Shown: in pieces, positions 39,664 through 60,600 of the stretch
Layout: each line of letters begins with the position of its first letter
Position numbering within the stretch: position 1 is the stretch's first letter
Assembly (NCBI GenBank): GCA_965203295.1
Contig: CBDBCZ010000009.1
Span: 160,001 to 224,000, forward strand
Length of the DNA stretch: 64,000 nt
Reading direction: 5' to 3'
Origin: Nitrospirales bacterium
GTDB lineage: Bacteria; Nitrospirota; Nitrospiria; Nitrospirales; UBA8639
The notes under the pieces: model-generated
Seen by the model: the letters and a program-made list of their open reading frames with translations, nothing else
Databases searched by the model: none
Told to the model about the DNA's origin: nothing
Program-made: the position numbers and the translations under genes

Positions 39664-42600
39664 CTGTTTGTGAAAACTGTATCTTTGTACTACCAGTCAT
39701 AATGACAGCAGTTCCTGCGTGAACATTTATAGTAGCTGCAAATCAAGAGCAGAGGTACAGCTTAATAAACAGTAGCCTTCCCCAAGGGCCTGGAAATAGC
39801 TAACTACAGCATACATTGCTGAGGTTGCTGCTCAGGGGTGTTCTGTGGCTTATCTTCCACTGCCTCGGTCACCTACATGTATACAATAAATAGATGATAG
39901 ACGTTAGCACTGTGATGTTGAGGTTCTGATGCTCTACCTTCAGCAAACAGTCGATGTCATACTCATGGTTGCACTTCACGCATAAAACCTTGGGGGAATA
40001 GTCAGGCTCCTCTGGCTCGGGGTGACTGACAAAGGTTAGAACACCATTCCAGGGACATCCTGGGGTCACACACTTCTCAATCAGGGGACCGCCATGGTAG
40101 GTCAGGCCCTGAAGATCACTCTTCTCACATATCTCCTGAAGAAACTCGCGATGAAATAAGGATATGTAGCTGTGTGGCTTTCCGGACTTTTCATCTTGTG
40201 TTGGTCTGCAAAAGAACAGTATACAAGTCACAGTTGCATGATATTGTAGACATACGCAAAACAATTACTTACATTACTGAAACTGTAAGCCTATGGCACT
40301 CTGGCTCCATCTCCAACTGCCATTTTCGTCCCGTGACGTTGTCGAACCGGCACCAGGTAGCAGAAAACTCTGGAGCCATTTTCCTTCCTCGAGTACCAGC
40401 AGACCCTGCTATCATGAGGCAGATCAAACGATGGAAAATCTCGGCGGGCAAGAAGCCATTGAAATCAAAGGAAAAAGTCACCTTCTGTATAGGATCGTCT
40501 GGTATTGGTTTGCTGGGCAGCATGCACGGAACTAGGAACTTCATTTTGGATGAGAGAGTAACGTCTACCTCACTTTGGCTCCGAGATAGTGGTTGCTGTG
40601 TGGTTGCAGAAGCTACCGGTTGACTTTTGGATCGGCCTGGAGGTGCTACAGAGTGTGGTTGGAGTGGATAGATGAGACAGTGTGCCTGGAGGATCAAGCA
40701 CAGCTGCCTGAAGGAGCACCCAGCGGATTCACTATAGCATCCTTCCCAGCATCTCCTCAGAAGCGAGGCATTGCCGATGCCTTTCCTCCTTAGGTCTCGG
40801 ATGTCTTCCCCACGATACTTCTGGCCTCCCATTTTAAGCTCCATGACTATTTTCATGACTTCAATGAGCCACTTTGGGTCGAGGAGCACGAGGCTATCAA
40901 GCTGGATCTTCTCGTCCCCGCTCAAGAAGAGAGAAGATAGTTCCTCTAAATAAGGAGAGGAAAGCTGTCAAGCATATAACTATGAAATATATTTAATTTC
41001 TATACTACAAACCAGGGAACTATTGTTGTATAGTCAATGGAGAAAACTGACTTACTTAGCAGGATAATGGTACCAGTGTCATGAAAAAAGCGAAGAGCGT
41101 GGTCTGCTTCCTCGATGCCACATTTTTTCCCCATCTCCTGTACCGTTTCCAGATTGATCAGTGGTGGAGTCAATCTTCCGCGATACTCTTCCCTCAGCTG
41201 GAGTAGCCCCCTCTCAAACCGCAGCCAAATTATTGGATGCTGTTCCTGTAGGAATGGTAATTCTCTGCAGGTGTTTGTCAGTTCGCTCTGCAACGTAGTG
41301 ATACCACTGGCTTCACGCTCTTCTTTACCATCCAGAGAATTTTCAATTGCGACAAAAACTCGTTCGTCACCACAAGTGTAGCAAAGATGGTGTACAGTTC
41401 GGCTATCTTCACTAAAAACTTTATCAAGTTCGTCGTGAATCATTTCAAGGTCACATTCTTTCAGTTGCTTCCCTTCTTTTGGAGCTTTGTGTGTACCAAC
41501 AAGGTACACTCGCTTCGTTATTTTGTCGTCTTCAACGGGTATGTGGATGTGAGCATGGATAGAATTCAACCAATATCGAATTTCTTCAAGGGGATTTCTT
41601 TGGGCAGGACCTTTAGAGCTGAGGTATTCGACCATGTGCTGGAGGTTGAACACCACCAGGTAAAGAGCACGTCGAGTGATGAAGCAATGGTGCATAGGCC
41701 GATACTGCTTCTGGCCAGCGAAATCATAGGCATTCAGGTGCAGCGTGGGCTCTTTAGGAGACGTAGGAGCTTTCATCATTCGGCCAACATCCTGATGGAG
41801 TCGACGGCTGACAAGAGTGCCAGATGGCCCAGAGGCTTCATTGCGGTTTTCGGTGGGTAATGCTTGCTGATTTGGCGGAGTGGAACTTGGTTGGGCAGGA
41901 TTGGGAGCTTTTTCCCTCTGAGTTTTAGGTTTTGTAGACTCCACAGGTTTTGGTTTTACCTCACGTTTGGAGGGAATGGTTTGTGGCTTCAAGTTGGAAG
42001 ACAGTGGCTCTGGAGAAGCTTGTAGCTGTGGTTGTGGTTGTGGCTGTGGTTGTGGTTGTGCCACTGGAGTGGCCTGATGGTGCAGGGGAACCTTTGATGG
42101 AGGATGAGGTATCTGCTGGTGTAGAGGGAATTCTGGGACCTCCTGCGGCTGCTCAAAGGCTGTGATGGCCTCTTCAATTCTCTTTAGCAGCTCCTCTTCT
42201 GAGATCACTGGTGGTTCCTTAGTACGCGACTTTCTCTCACGTGGTGCCTGCTGATTAGCAAGAACCCCCTCTTTCTTTAATTCCCCAATCACGCCTGTGA
42301 CTAACAGCGTATCATCCTTCCTTGCCTGGTCTTGTGGCTTTACTTCCTCCCAGGCAGCCATGCTGATCGGTCTAATATCGACTAGTGTGTCAACAAGCGT
42401 ATTGTCAATGCCACAAGTGGATTTGAGGTCTTCAAGAAAGTTCTTCCCTGTAAGTGAACGAAGTAGGCTTGTCTTCCCAACTCGTTCCTCTCCGAGAATT
42501 TGGAGACTGCATCGAGGAATTTTCTCCTTTCCTCTTCGAAGGGCTTTTCTGTAGGCCTCCTCGGCCTGTGGACCTCTCCTTTTAATCTCAGGAGGAATCA

Positions 42601-45600
42601 CTGCAAGTGTGGCCCAGAAAAGCTATTGAATGATATACTCTATAAAAGGGCTTACTTATCTCTTACCATCTTCAGGTAGAATTTCATCTGGAGTTTCCCC
42701 ACTCTAAACCAAAAATAGGTTGGAGGTTTTTAAACATACCACATTCATTAGCAGCAATGAATATATACCATACAGAACAAGCACTATGTCCTAACATCAA
42801 CAGCCAGTGTGCACTAACATTGTTTCTAATCCTCATTAGTTTATCTCCACCAGGTGTCCTCTTCAAGATATCAGCTACATCAAAACTGGCTTTTCTAACA
42901 GCGATATGTAAAGCGGTGTCACCCTAAAGTTTGTGACAAGAAAAATAACATTAGTTTGATATTGTGTATACTAATTGTAGTTCAGACCTACCACACTATC
43001 TTGTGTATCCAGCGAGCAGCCTTTCATAATGAGCTCCTGAGCAATGTCGAGGGAGTCATGGATTGCCGCCAGATGCAAGCCTGTCTTTCTGCCAACTTTT
43101 TGTGTCGCAGCATCTTTCTCCTCGGCACTTGCAGAGACATCAACGCCCAGGTCTTCAACACCCACGTCTCGGGCACCCTGGTCCTTCCCCAGCAGGTATC
43201 GCACCATCTCAAGCTTCTGGTACTCACAGGCCACCAGGAGAGGGGTGTAGTTTTTCTGAAAGAGACAAACCTATCACTCCTTACAACATTACAAGGATAG
43301 TCTAGCCTTACCTCTGACTTCTCATTCAAACTTTCTCTCAGTGCATGAACATTTCTCAGCAGCCATCTCATTACCTCGACACTCCCACCAGCACAGGCAT
43401 AGTGCAGTGTGTTCCACCCTTTCTGTACAAAAGTCAGACAACTTTTAAATTATGAATAATTATCATTCTGAAGTAAAAGTATACACCTTATCTTTGGCCA
43501 GGTAGAGGCTGCTGTATTCAAAGTCGGTCTGATGTGCTGCTTGCGATTCAAGCTCAGAGTGAATTTCCTTCAAGCAGTCCAGTTGTTGGTGGAAGGCTGC
43601 CAGATGCAGCACATTCATTTTTTTCTGCCAGTGAATGAAAGGGAACTATTATTCACACTACGTACACTGGGCACTATATTTAGAGTACCATAGCGTCACC
43701 TTTGTGCATACATCCAGTTTAACAGCTCCTGTACCAAGCATGCACTTGACTGCTTCCAGGTGACCATATTTAACAGCAACCATTAGAGGAGTCCACCCAC
43801 TCTCCTAATTGTAATGTAACACATTGACAGGCAGTATTTCTTGTAACCATAACTAGTTTATACGTACCTTTGACCTAGCGTTTACATCAGGTGGATCAGA
43901 TTTCACCGTGGAATCTTTTCCTTTCCCTTCTTTCGCGTAGCTGAGCAGTAACCGAAGGAGAGCTACATTCCCATTTCTGCAGGCTACATGAATTGGATTG
44001 ATCCCTTTGTGATTCTGTTAGGACAGAGTAGACAGCCACTGAGACACAAGAACTATACAATAGTTTCAGCCCCCCTACTTCATAGAAGCAGGAAAGTAAA
44101 CAGCCCATCATCCATTATTTTGGTCCATTACCGTTACTACACTTGAAACATACAATAGGGTTAAAGAACAGTATCAAAATGAAACTCCAATCATTGCTCG
44201 ATGGTGGGTCAATTACTGCCATAATGATAGGCTGGTACCAAGAGCCTGATTATAGTGGAGACTAGCCTCGTCTCCAGTTTCACCCCTCCAAAAATCAAAG
44301 AAGATAAGGAAGTGTCTTATACTTTTCTCATATGCAGGGTTTTATTTGAGGGTGAGAGAATTTGCCCCTCCCCCCTTTGAAATTTAGGTTGCCAAAGCAC
44401 ATGTATTGTACGTTGGCTTCAAAGACATAAGTCTGTGGCAGCGAAGATTAGCTACAAGTGTTATGCCTTCCATGTCTATGAACTATAACCGTGTTCACCA
44501 CCTTTCTATCATTGAAGCCACATATAATAGCTCCACTGTCTTTCCAGCTTAAGGAGACATAGATAGTAGAATAGAAGGACCTTCTACTCTACTATCTGAG
44601 GTGGAGACTGGGAAAGAGGTTCAACAGTGCACAGTATAAATTTAAAAGTACCTTTCCTTTGTAGGCAACAGTTGCCCCTTTCTCCAGGAGTACTTGAACA
44701 ATGTGCGTCTTGTTCTCCTCACAGGCACACATCAAAGGAGAGAAACTCTACATATTAAAAGGAATTACTATCATGCTGACCCAAACTGAATTGCAAATTA
44801 ATAAAATCTTAGGCCACACCAAATTGATTGAATGTTTCACTGGTAGCCTCATTCCCAGGCCACATATTTAGGGTTACACTTAACCCTTAAACTTAACCTT
44901 AATGCAAGGTCTGGGAACAAAGCTAGTTTCATGAACAAGTGGGAGCCAAAACAAGACCCAGCCGGCACCATAGATAGCAGAGTAGAAGGACCTTCTACTC
45001 TACTATCTATGCTGACACTAAGTAAAAATATGTTCTGTCCGAAATCTTTGAACAGCAAACACTACAGGCTTCTTTTTAGACAGACGAAACAATATGGGTA
45101 GTAGCACACTACTAGGGCAATATGGCTATTTAAAATGGAAAATTACAAAAAACAAAATGAACCTGCCAGATCCGTGTGAAACATGAAAACAATTTGGTGT
45201 GGCCATACAAGTATGGCTAGATATGGGTGCAAGCAGCTGATGAGAATAAGGTGCTATTCTGCAACAGACAAGCAAGAATCAGCCAGCTACGACTTCTAGG
45301 GGAGAACAGCTATAGCTAGTAAGCTGCTTAAAACGTCTTTACACGGGATCACCTGAAAAGAGTGGCATCGTGAAAAATATGTTGCCTAACCCTGGCCATT
45401 ACCCTACCCTAAACTTCGCAAAAGTGTCATTTTTGTGGTGCCGTTCTTTTCAGGTGATCCTTTACACTTGCATTGCTAGTTTCCCACTGCCTGGATAATG
45501 TACAGACTCAGCTGGCTTGTATGCATGGCCTCATTCCCAGGAGAATGAGGCTATAGCTATAACAGGTAGAACAGGCTCCCTTTGAATGGTTGGAAGACTG

Positions 45601-46023
45601 GAAGTACTGATCTGAGTAAAATTGACAGACTATAGACACCCCCCCCCCCCCCCCCCCCCCTCCCCCTCCCCCCCAAACCCCTTCACTGACCTGATCGTCA
45701 ACATGGGAGAAATCCAACAGCTTCAGATGTTTCCATCGCTTCAACATTTCATCTGCAGCTATTTCTATCGGTTTCTGATAGCCGTTACGAACCGCTAGGT
45801 ACACATTTTCCTGTAAGTGGGAGATCAACTTACCCACCCTTCGGTCAACTTTAGGCTGCGGGTTCAAAGCGCGTTGTCGACGGAGTTTGCGACGATGACT
45901 GCGTCGTCTTTGTCGATCAAGGCTTCGCAAAACTTCACTGAGCATGTCAAGGTCTATGTCCATGCCTTGCCATATTGCTAGCGCGTCATCATCCGTTAAC
46001 GCGGCGTCCGGCCCCTCAGCCAT
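39664..46023 (-). CDS. ROCO-family protein: ankyrin repeats + Roc GTPase + COR, >1300 aa; 3' end unresolved
   Basis: Exons 46023-45691, 44747-44652, 44014-43868, 43804-43700, 43624-43487, 43422-43312, 43255-42992, 42923-42819, 42703-42667, 42600-41056, 40945-40273, 40205-39938, 39872-39815, 39735-39664, all GT-AG and in frame. Ankyrin motifs (GWTPLMVAVKYGH, GDTALHIAV); P-loop GEERVGKT, STCGID, YDFAGQ; COR motifs WLRFE, ALRFFHDTG, LLDPKWL, FLVPCML, FLPAEIFHRL. Confidence 0.9.
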
Positions 46024-46200
46024 GACTACATGTAGGCTGTATACATGTACTAGTGTCTAGTCTGGGTTTGGGTCCGTTACATTAGAACGCGGACCGGACC
46101 GATGGACTGGACTCCGGACCAGTTTGTAGAACTGAGTAGAACATGTACTATCAGTAATTGAATATTAATAGCTCATCCTCCCATGCAGATGGACAATTAA

Positions 46201-46339
46201 CTCTTTCCCAGCCAAGTTTTAATACATCCATAAGGCTAATGTGAATTTATATAGGTCCTTTTATATTAGGCGTTAATATAAAGTACATGTTTTTTCTATT
46301 TTATATGGGCACATAAATGTGCCCATGGCGTTCAAAGAG
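46201..46339. mobile_element. piggyBac-like MITE
   Basis: Close copy of 17109-17237 following TTAA. Confidence 0.6.
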
Positions 46340-46570
46340 TTATTAATATGGAGTTGGGACTCTTCAGTAAATGTACGTACAGCTCATATCCTTTCTTATG
46401 TCGGTGTTAGCAATTCTTTGAACAACTATCTATTAGTACTGATGCTATTATCAAGCACGTTATCTGCTTGAACATTGGTGGAAGGACAAGAGTTACATGT
46501 ACATTCCACACTTCAACTCAATCCTGTACAGGCCACATGGCATGGCAAATTATATGATTGCAATTTGGGC

Positions 46571-46613
46571 TAGCCTTGTTCCCAGGCTGTGCAGAGGCCT
46601 GGGAATGAGGCTA
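46571..46613. mobile_element. 43-bp minimal TAG..CTA MITE
   Basis: TAGCCTTGTTCCCAGGC...GCCTGGGAATGAGGCTA flanked by AATTTGGGC / AATTTGGGT. Confidence 0.7.
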
Positions 46614-47251
46614 AATTTGGGTAGGAATGTATAATTTGTTTAACACTACAGCAGTTCACATCTTCGCAGGGAGGGTCTGGGGCCAAAACTAACAACCCAC
46701 CTGTTAAGTGATTCTGTTGAGATGTGCTCAGTGGACACTCACATCAATCTGTCCAAGTATGAGCAACTTGGGAATACATTGCAATGGCACTTTACACACA
46801 CTGAAAACAAACTTCAGACCATTGGGGCAGCCAGGCATAAGTGAAAGAGAGCAGCAGATATATGTTTCATGCACACTGGCTAAATCACGTCTCAATCACA
46901 TACACATGCACTCACTTATGCTTACCCCATAATGCCCTATATCTTGGTATACGACTGCATGCGGATAGCAAGTGGGTTAATTCAATCCTGCCAGGCACAT
47001 TAATTTTCCCTCTCAATTGGCACTGTAACTTCCTGATTCTTGTTGTATGTTATTTATAATGAAACAAAAAACAAAATTAAAATGAAATGCACATAACTAC
47101 ATAAACAAAAATCAGCAGCCCCTCCCATGTGCATGTATTACTACTAGAGAGAGGGCAGGAGCCCAGAGTTGGCCATAAAACTAGGCATACACGCCTATAA
47201 ATATCATGCGATTTTGGACAGTAGCTTTGATTGTTTCAGCTTAGGAGAGGA

Positions 47252-54472
<7,221 letters not shown>

Positions 54473-54638
54473 CTTCAATACAATATACACGGATGGATGG
54501 TGTGTTCTTTTCAGAATAAATGACAACGTTGTGTTCCTTTGTGACGTCATCTCCGTGGTCCACGTGGTTGCTCGCCACATGCCTCCGGCTGGCTGGCTGG
54601 CTGTGCAGTAGGCTGCAGTTTTGAGGCAAGCACTGGAA
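54473..54638. promoter_or_regulatory. Bidirectional promoter shared by CDK5 and POLR1B
   Basis: 166 bp between divergent ATGs; CRE TGACGTCA (54542-54549), E-box CACGTG (54561-54566), CACATG (54576-54581). Confidence 0.75.
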
Positions 54639-57600
54639 ATGTCGCAGCACTTACGCGGAAAGCCATCGCTCAGGCACCTGAGTCTACCCGACTATGGAAG
54701 ATTGGGAGACTACCAGCTACAGGTAGACCTAGAGGATAAGGTGCATGTGTCATAATTTTCTGGGTTTAGCAAGGAGTTTTTTGTGGATCGACTGATTTTC
54801 AGTCGATCGATTTTATAGACCTATCAAGAGTGTTATTTACTGGAAACTGCAAATATGTAAAACCGATTTTCAATCGATCGATTTTGTAGCTCTATCACGA
54901 GTGTTTCTTGGGAACTGCAGTGTAAAGGGAGAAGGAAATACTGTTTTTGTCTGTAAGAATTAAGCATATCGGGTGTACTTGGTCTCATTTGCAGGCCGTT
55001 TTAATATGTCTCATACAGTGGAGCCTGGAAAGGAAGTTTTAATATGATACACTGTCATGTATGGTGTGCAACTGCATGGCTCACAAAGTCGATCCATTTC
55101 AAAGGGGGGAGGATGAAGTAAAGAACCCGATTGCTTGTATGTAGCCCCTCATCTAGCTACCCGAATCCTAGCTCCGATCGTGTTCTTCAGTTGACACAAT
55201 CATTGCAAAAAATACTATAATTTTGTCAGCAACTACAAAGGGTGGATTGTTGTTCAGACTATGGGGCATTTAAATAAGTATGGATTGCTACATGTAGCAC
55301 TCTATTTGTTTGTACATGTCAATGCCTCTGTAAGTACAGTGGCCTTCCATCATGGTTTCAGGGACAGGTGGGGTTAGCCTGCTTATAAAGTACACTATCC
55401 ATTAAAATTTGACAGTTATGCATCCATTTGCAATCAGCTATTCAACCATCAGTGTTGCAAACTTTATAAGGGCAGCTACTTGGGGTTTATATTCATATTA
55501 AAACTCATACCTACAATCAAACACATGAATATCGTTTGTTGAAAGTGAATTATAGCCTCTTGGGAGCCTTGTCCAGTTTGCAAGCATTAGCCTCTAGTTC
55601 TTAAACCCTCTGCTCTGTGTTTCTGTTAGTATATACGTCTTTAGTGTAAGGAAATAGAATTAAAGAACTGCTTGCATGGGGGTTGGGGATCCAGGAACAC
55701 GATAGATGTTTCAGCTTAGGTTGGGTAATACTGTTCTGAATGAAGAGTTGGGAAGACATAGGGGTAAAAATGGCGATGGGCAGACTAGGTTATGTGGGAT
55801 GAATGTGAGAGTGTAGTACATGTTCTCTGCGAGTATGATGCATTAGAAATACTTTCCTGAGAGAATTGGACAATCTGTTGGGTGTGGGAGTTTTGAAGGG
55901 TTTAATACTCTCAACACTTTTGAGAGAACCGGTTTTGTTTTAGGGTGTGAGATTTTGGACAGGCATGATTTTATGTCTTTATTTAGACTGGTTAATTGTT
56001 GATCTGGGATACTAGGAAGGATTCATTATATGGTGATCAAGATAGTGAAAAATCTGGTTGCTCTTGCCCTCTGACTGGAGATCTTACAAGCTCCACCTGC
56101 GTATGTGGGTGTGCATGGTTAATGGAGTAAGGGCTATGGCTGGAGCAACATGAGTATTATTCTATTATTAGTGAGCAAAGGCAGGTGTTCCTTCAACTTA
56201 CAGAACTTCCCAAGTGCAAGCATACAATTTGTCCTAGTATCAGAAACACATTTTTCTTCCCATAGCCTTTGCAAGACTTGATACAACACCACATTGACTC
56301 CTTCAATTTTATGTTGGAAGAAGGGCTGGGATATGCTGTACAGGTAGGTACTGCAGTATGTAATCACAGCTAGGAGATGTGTAAATATACACTCATTGTT
56401 GCACATTATCAGATAGAGGTGCTGGTACCTATATGGTAGACTGCAGTGTATGAGGCTCTGTATTGTATACATGTATACTTGGCATACGTGTACATGTATT
56501 AGATAGTGGTAACATAGCCTCGTTCTCATTCCTGTGCTATTATCGGTTACACGAAGTTCTTAAGCTTCACATGGCCTGGAATCTTGAGTAGCGCGTGGCA
56601 GGTCAAACTATAAAAAGGTAGTAGAAAGGTAATTGTAAATGTGGGCAAGTACTGTAACTATTCTAAAACAATAAGTGGCAGTAGCAAGTCTGCATTTCTT
56701 GTAGCTAATCTTCACAGCCTTTTTTTTGTGCCGCAGACTTAACGCTGAAACAGACAAACACAGCTCTCTTTCAAATCAGATAGTGGGATAAGATGATCAC
56801 ATAACTTGTGATCCCAGGCCCTGTGACAGTTCGTGCAACAGAATAGGATGCAGACTAGGCGTGTAGTAACATGCACACTTGGGCTAAGAACGAACTGGAA
56901 TTAGAGATACTTAAAGTGGAGTGTGTGTGTATTGAACCGAAATTATACTTCTTTTCTGCAGGACCTCCCAACATATGAGGTGGTTGACCCTCGGAATCAG
57001 AAGATTGCCATCTTCATAGAGGTAAATCACCTTTCTGTATCCGTAAATCATTTGTAGGAACACATAATTTCAGTCCCTCTGAACTTGACGTTATTGTTTG
57101 TTCTGCCTCCACTTAATTTAATCTTTTGTTTTCACATATACTTGTTTTCATTCTACCTCTGTTGGTATTTTTGCAATAATAATGAGTAGGTACGTAGGAG
57201 TGGGAAATGGTAGCAGCCGCCTTTCAAGTTTGCAAATAATCACACAGTTGAATTCTAGAGCCCCTATGCTTTAATTGCCAAAGATTTAAAAGTTTATTGC
57301 AACATCTTGAGTGTCTGGGATGTTTTCACTTTTAATTTACAATCTGACAAGGATTTACTTTGTCCTATCCAAGCTTGCTGCCTGCACTGGTACTTACGTA
57401 TGCCATTAGTCCACCAAGAATTATCTTCCTAAGCTAGCAGACTCTCTGTGTTTGCAACTACAACTGTATATACCTTCTTACGATAAAAGTGTATTGTGCA
57501 ACAGGTTTTCTAGTAGTTAAAGACATTATGTACTCTCTTTTTACCAGCTGGGTGTGTGTAACAGCTGGTCCTAAGTATTGCATATGTTTCCATGTCTGTC

Positions 57601-60600
57601 TGTCTGAGCAACTGCAATATATTGCATTACTACTTCAGTACTTACAGTGTACCAGCAGCTTTTAGAGGTTTGTAGGCCAAGCTACAGCAAGCGAATGTAG
57701 TTTTGTGTTGCCTATACAATGAACAAGTCTGCCATTTCATGTCTAAAAAACCAGCCGGGGAACTTTCCCATACGATACACACAACTGGGCTCAGTCCAAG
57801 CTAACTGCAGCTGTAGAACAACATAACTGTGCTACAATAGGCATCCTGCAGAAACTGATAAGCAAGCCAGTGAAAGTGATGACTCAGCAGTTTCGCCATG
57901 CGCTTCCAGTTAGTAGCTATACATCACAAAAACAGAATTTTTACGGCTGCTTACCACGTTTTTGCCATCTAGGCAACATACAACTACCTTCACTTGCTGT
58001 TTTCTGCACATAAGTATACTAATACACTTTTATATCAGTTTTATGTCTAGCAAACTAAATGTATATAAGTCAGGAAAATCCCTGACATGTATGAATTTCA
58101 CTCCCAAACGTTATACTCTTGTTCATATATTATGTAGTAGGAGTCTTACAGCTTAAGTACGTCATAGTATCACTGCTTTCCTCCCTATTCCTCCCCAGGA
58201 AGCCTCCATTGGCTATCCTACAGTGCCAGAGACCAATGTGTTCTCTCGATCAGTGAAGATCTTCCCCTCAGAGTGTCGGCAACGAGTAGCCACATACCGA
58301 GGCAGGCTCTCCGTCACTCTCAAGTGGAAGATTGACGGGCGGCATGCAGGGGCCCTGTCCAAAGTGGTGGGCCAGGTGCCTATCATGGTGAAGGTAAATC
58401 TCAGGGCATCAGAGCATGTAGTAAAAATAACTTTTCTTGGTCAGTAGTGGTAATTTGTATCAACAGGACAGCCCAGGTTTACTCAGATACAGGCTTATTC
58501 AATGTGTTTTTAACCTGGCCTATAGAATTTGCAGTGTCAGTACATGTACATGCAGGTACATATGTGCTTGTCTTCAGCTTATTTGGGTGATTTCTGTGGT
58601 GATTTGTTTAGGATTGGGCAGTTATTTGCTGGTGTTGTTAGACTGCAAGCTGCCCACATGGGAGGAGAGAAGTGGCCTGATTACCTATACCTACTGTTTA
58701 TGCATGCACAACCATTCCCAGGGTAGTAAATTCCATGTGCACTTGGAAACATTCATATTACTGTATAATGGGAGTGAAAGTTTATGATTGAGTGTCAGTG
58801 TGTTACCACATAAGGAGTATGGCATGTCATTGGTCACAGGTTGGCTAGTGCCCAGTGAACTTGGTGTTATAGTTGTGAGAAAGGAATGAGTTGCCCAGTT
58901 CCATGAGGTGTGGTCATCATGCTTAGTGCACTGCAGTGCTTGCTGGCTAACATTCCTTTGGATGCTCCTGCTCTGCTACTAGTTCTCATCACTCTGAGCA
59001 GAGACCACAGAACAGACAGACAGGAAATCACCTAGTCTGGTGAAGCTAGCCACTCGTGAAAACGGAGGGTCTGTTACCCAAATAGGACTTGTTCTTTTGG
59101 AATGCGTATTTTATGGCTATGACACATCATGTAGAACGAAAGAGAGCTATTAGGTTACATGTGATCTTTTTGTGAAGTTTTACGAAGCGTGAATATAATT
59201 GGTTCTGTGAGACAGACAAATCCAATATGGCGTCTGTACCAGACCCTCCGTTTTTTTCATGATGGGCTTGCTACACACCAAACTAGAATGCACTCTGGAG
59301 TATTTACGTGTATGACCGCTCAGAGCTGATCTGTTTCAGCTACTGCTATCATTGCACATCTGCCCTGGGTAGTTGCTAGGTGCACTGCCTGAGAAAGAGG
59401 TAGGACTAACAAACCAATGGGCTGGTCTAGCAACAGGTCCTGTATCAGCAGCAGACAATAATGAAAACACCTCTAGTGTGAATTTGTGTGCTCTTGTCCA
59501 CAAGCGCAGCCCACAAGAGTGTTGTAGCTGTATCCTGTTAACCTTGAACCCAGGGCCCAGGCCTCCCTTACCCAGGTTCTAGCACACAACCTTGGAGACA
59601 AATAGAGGAATAAGTCCTGCATGAAGGGTTCTGCATGTAAATATAATATCCAAACACGTCACAATGAGAAGGTTGTAATTACAATAAGCATATTATTTGC
59701 CAGTTACAGCACACATCTCTACACATGTCTAGTCCCGTATAGACAGGTGCTAATTTGTGCAGAAATGCCAAATTAATAGTTTTAGTTTTTGCAGTTTTAT
59801 TTTCGTGTCAGCACAAATAATTGAGTACGGCCCTTTGTACTGTCAAGTGACAAGCTGCAGACTATTATTCTTGCGTACACATTCGTCATTTCGCACTATG
59901 ACCTGTCGCTCAACCCCCAACTTCGAAAAATGACGGACAGCCACCCTGCTACCGTACAGTGACTCCCAGTGTGACATACTTGCCGATTGTTGCTTGTTGC
60001 TTCAAGTTGGGTATATATTTCGCACATGCTCCTCTTGACTTCGTCAGAACCCCCCTTACTGATCATTAGCATCCTTTATAACCGCAGGGCTAACGAAAAA
60101 AAAAACACGAAGATCCGCTGGGAGCTGACTGCGGTCGTATCACCATAACATGTTGGCAGCTCAAAAGACTGGTTTAACATTTCGCAGTTCTTATTTTTGC
60201 GAAATCGGCATGAGCGCAAAAAGTGTGAATATTTGCACCATGCGAAAACTTCCCGTTATATGGTATTGCCATGGACTGTCCGTGAGGAGTGTGGTATTCC
60301 GGTTTTTTTTCCCCTTGTGAATAAGGGACTTCCCGCAGAAGTCACATCTATTCATCCCATTCCTAGGCAATCTATGGGATATTCCATGGAGTCTCACCCT
60401 TTCTCCCACCTGTCTATCCTATCCCTTAGTCACTGTAGGAAGTATGGAATAGAAAGGGACGTCCCATGGAGTCCCACACTTTAGCCCTGTATCCCACATG
60501 TACATCCCATTCCTTAGCCCCTAGGGAATCTATTGGACAGAAAGGAACAGCCAATATGGGACTGAAATGGATTGAAACTGTCGTTGTACATGGTTTTGTA

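Noticed and set aside
40174..43305. Plus-strand ORFs over the ROCO gene
   Set aside because: Antisense shadows of real minus-strand exons with no recognisable motifs.
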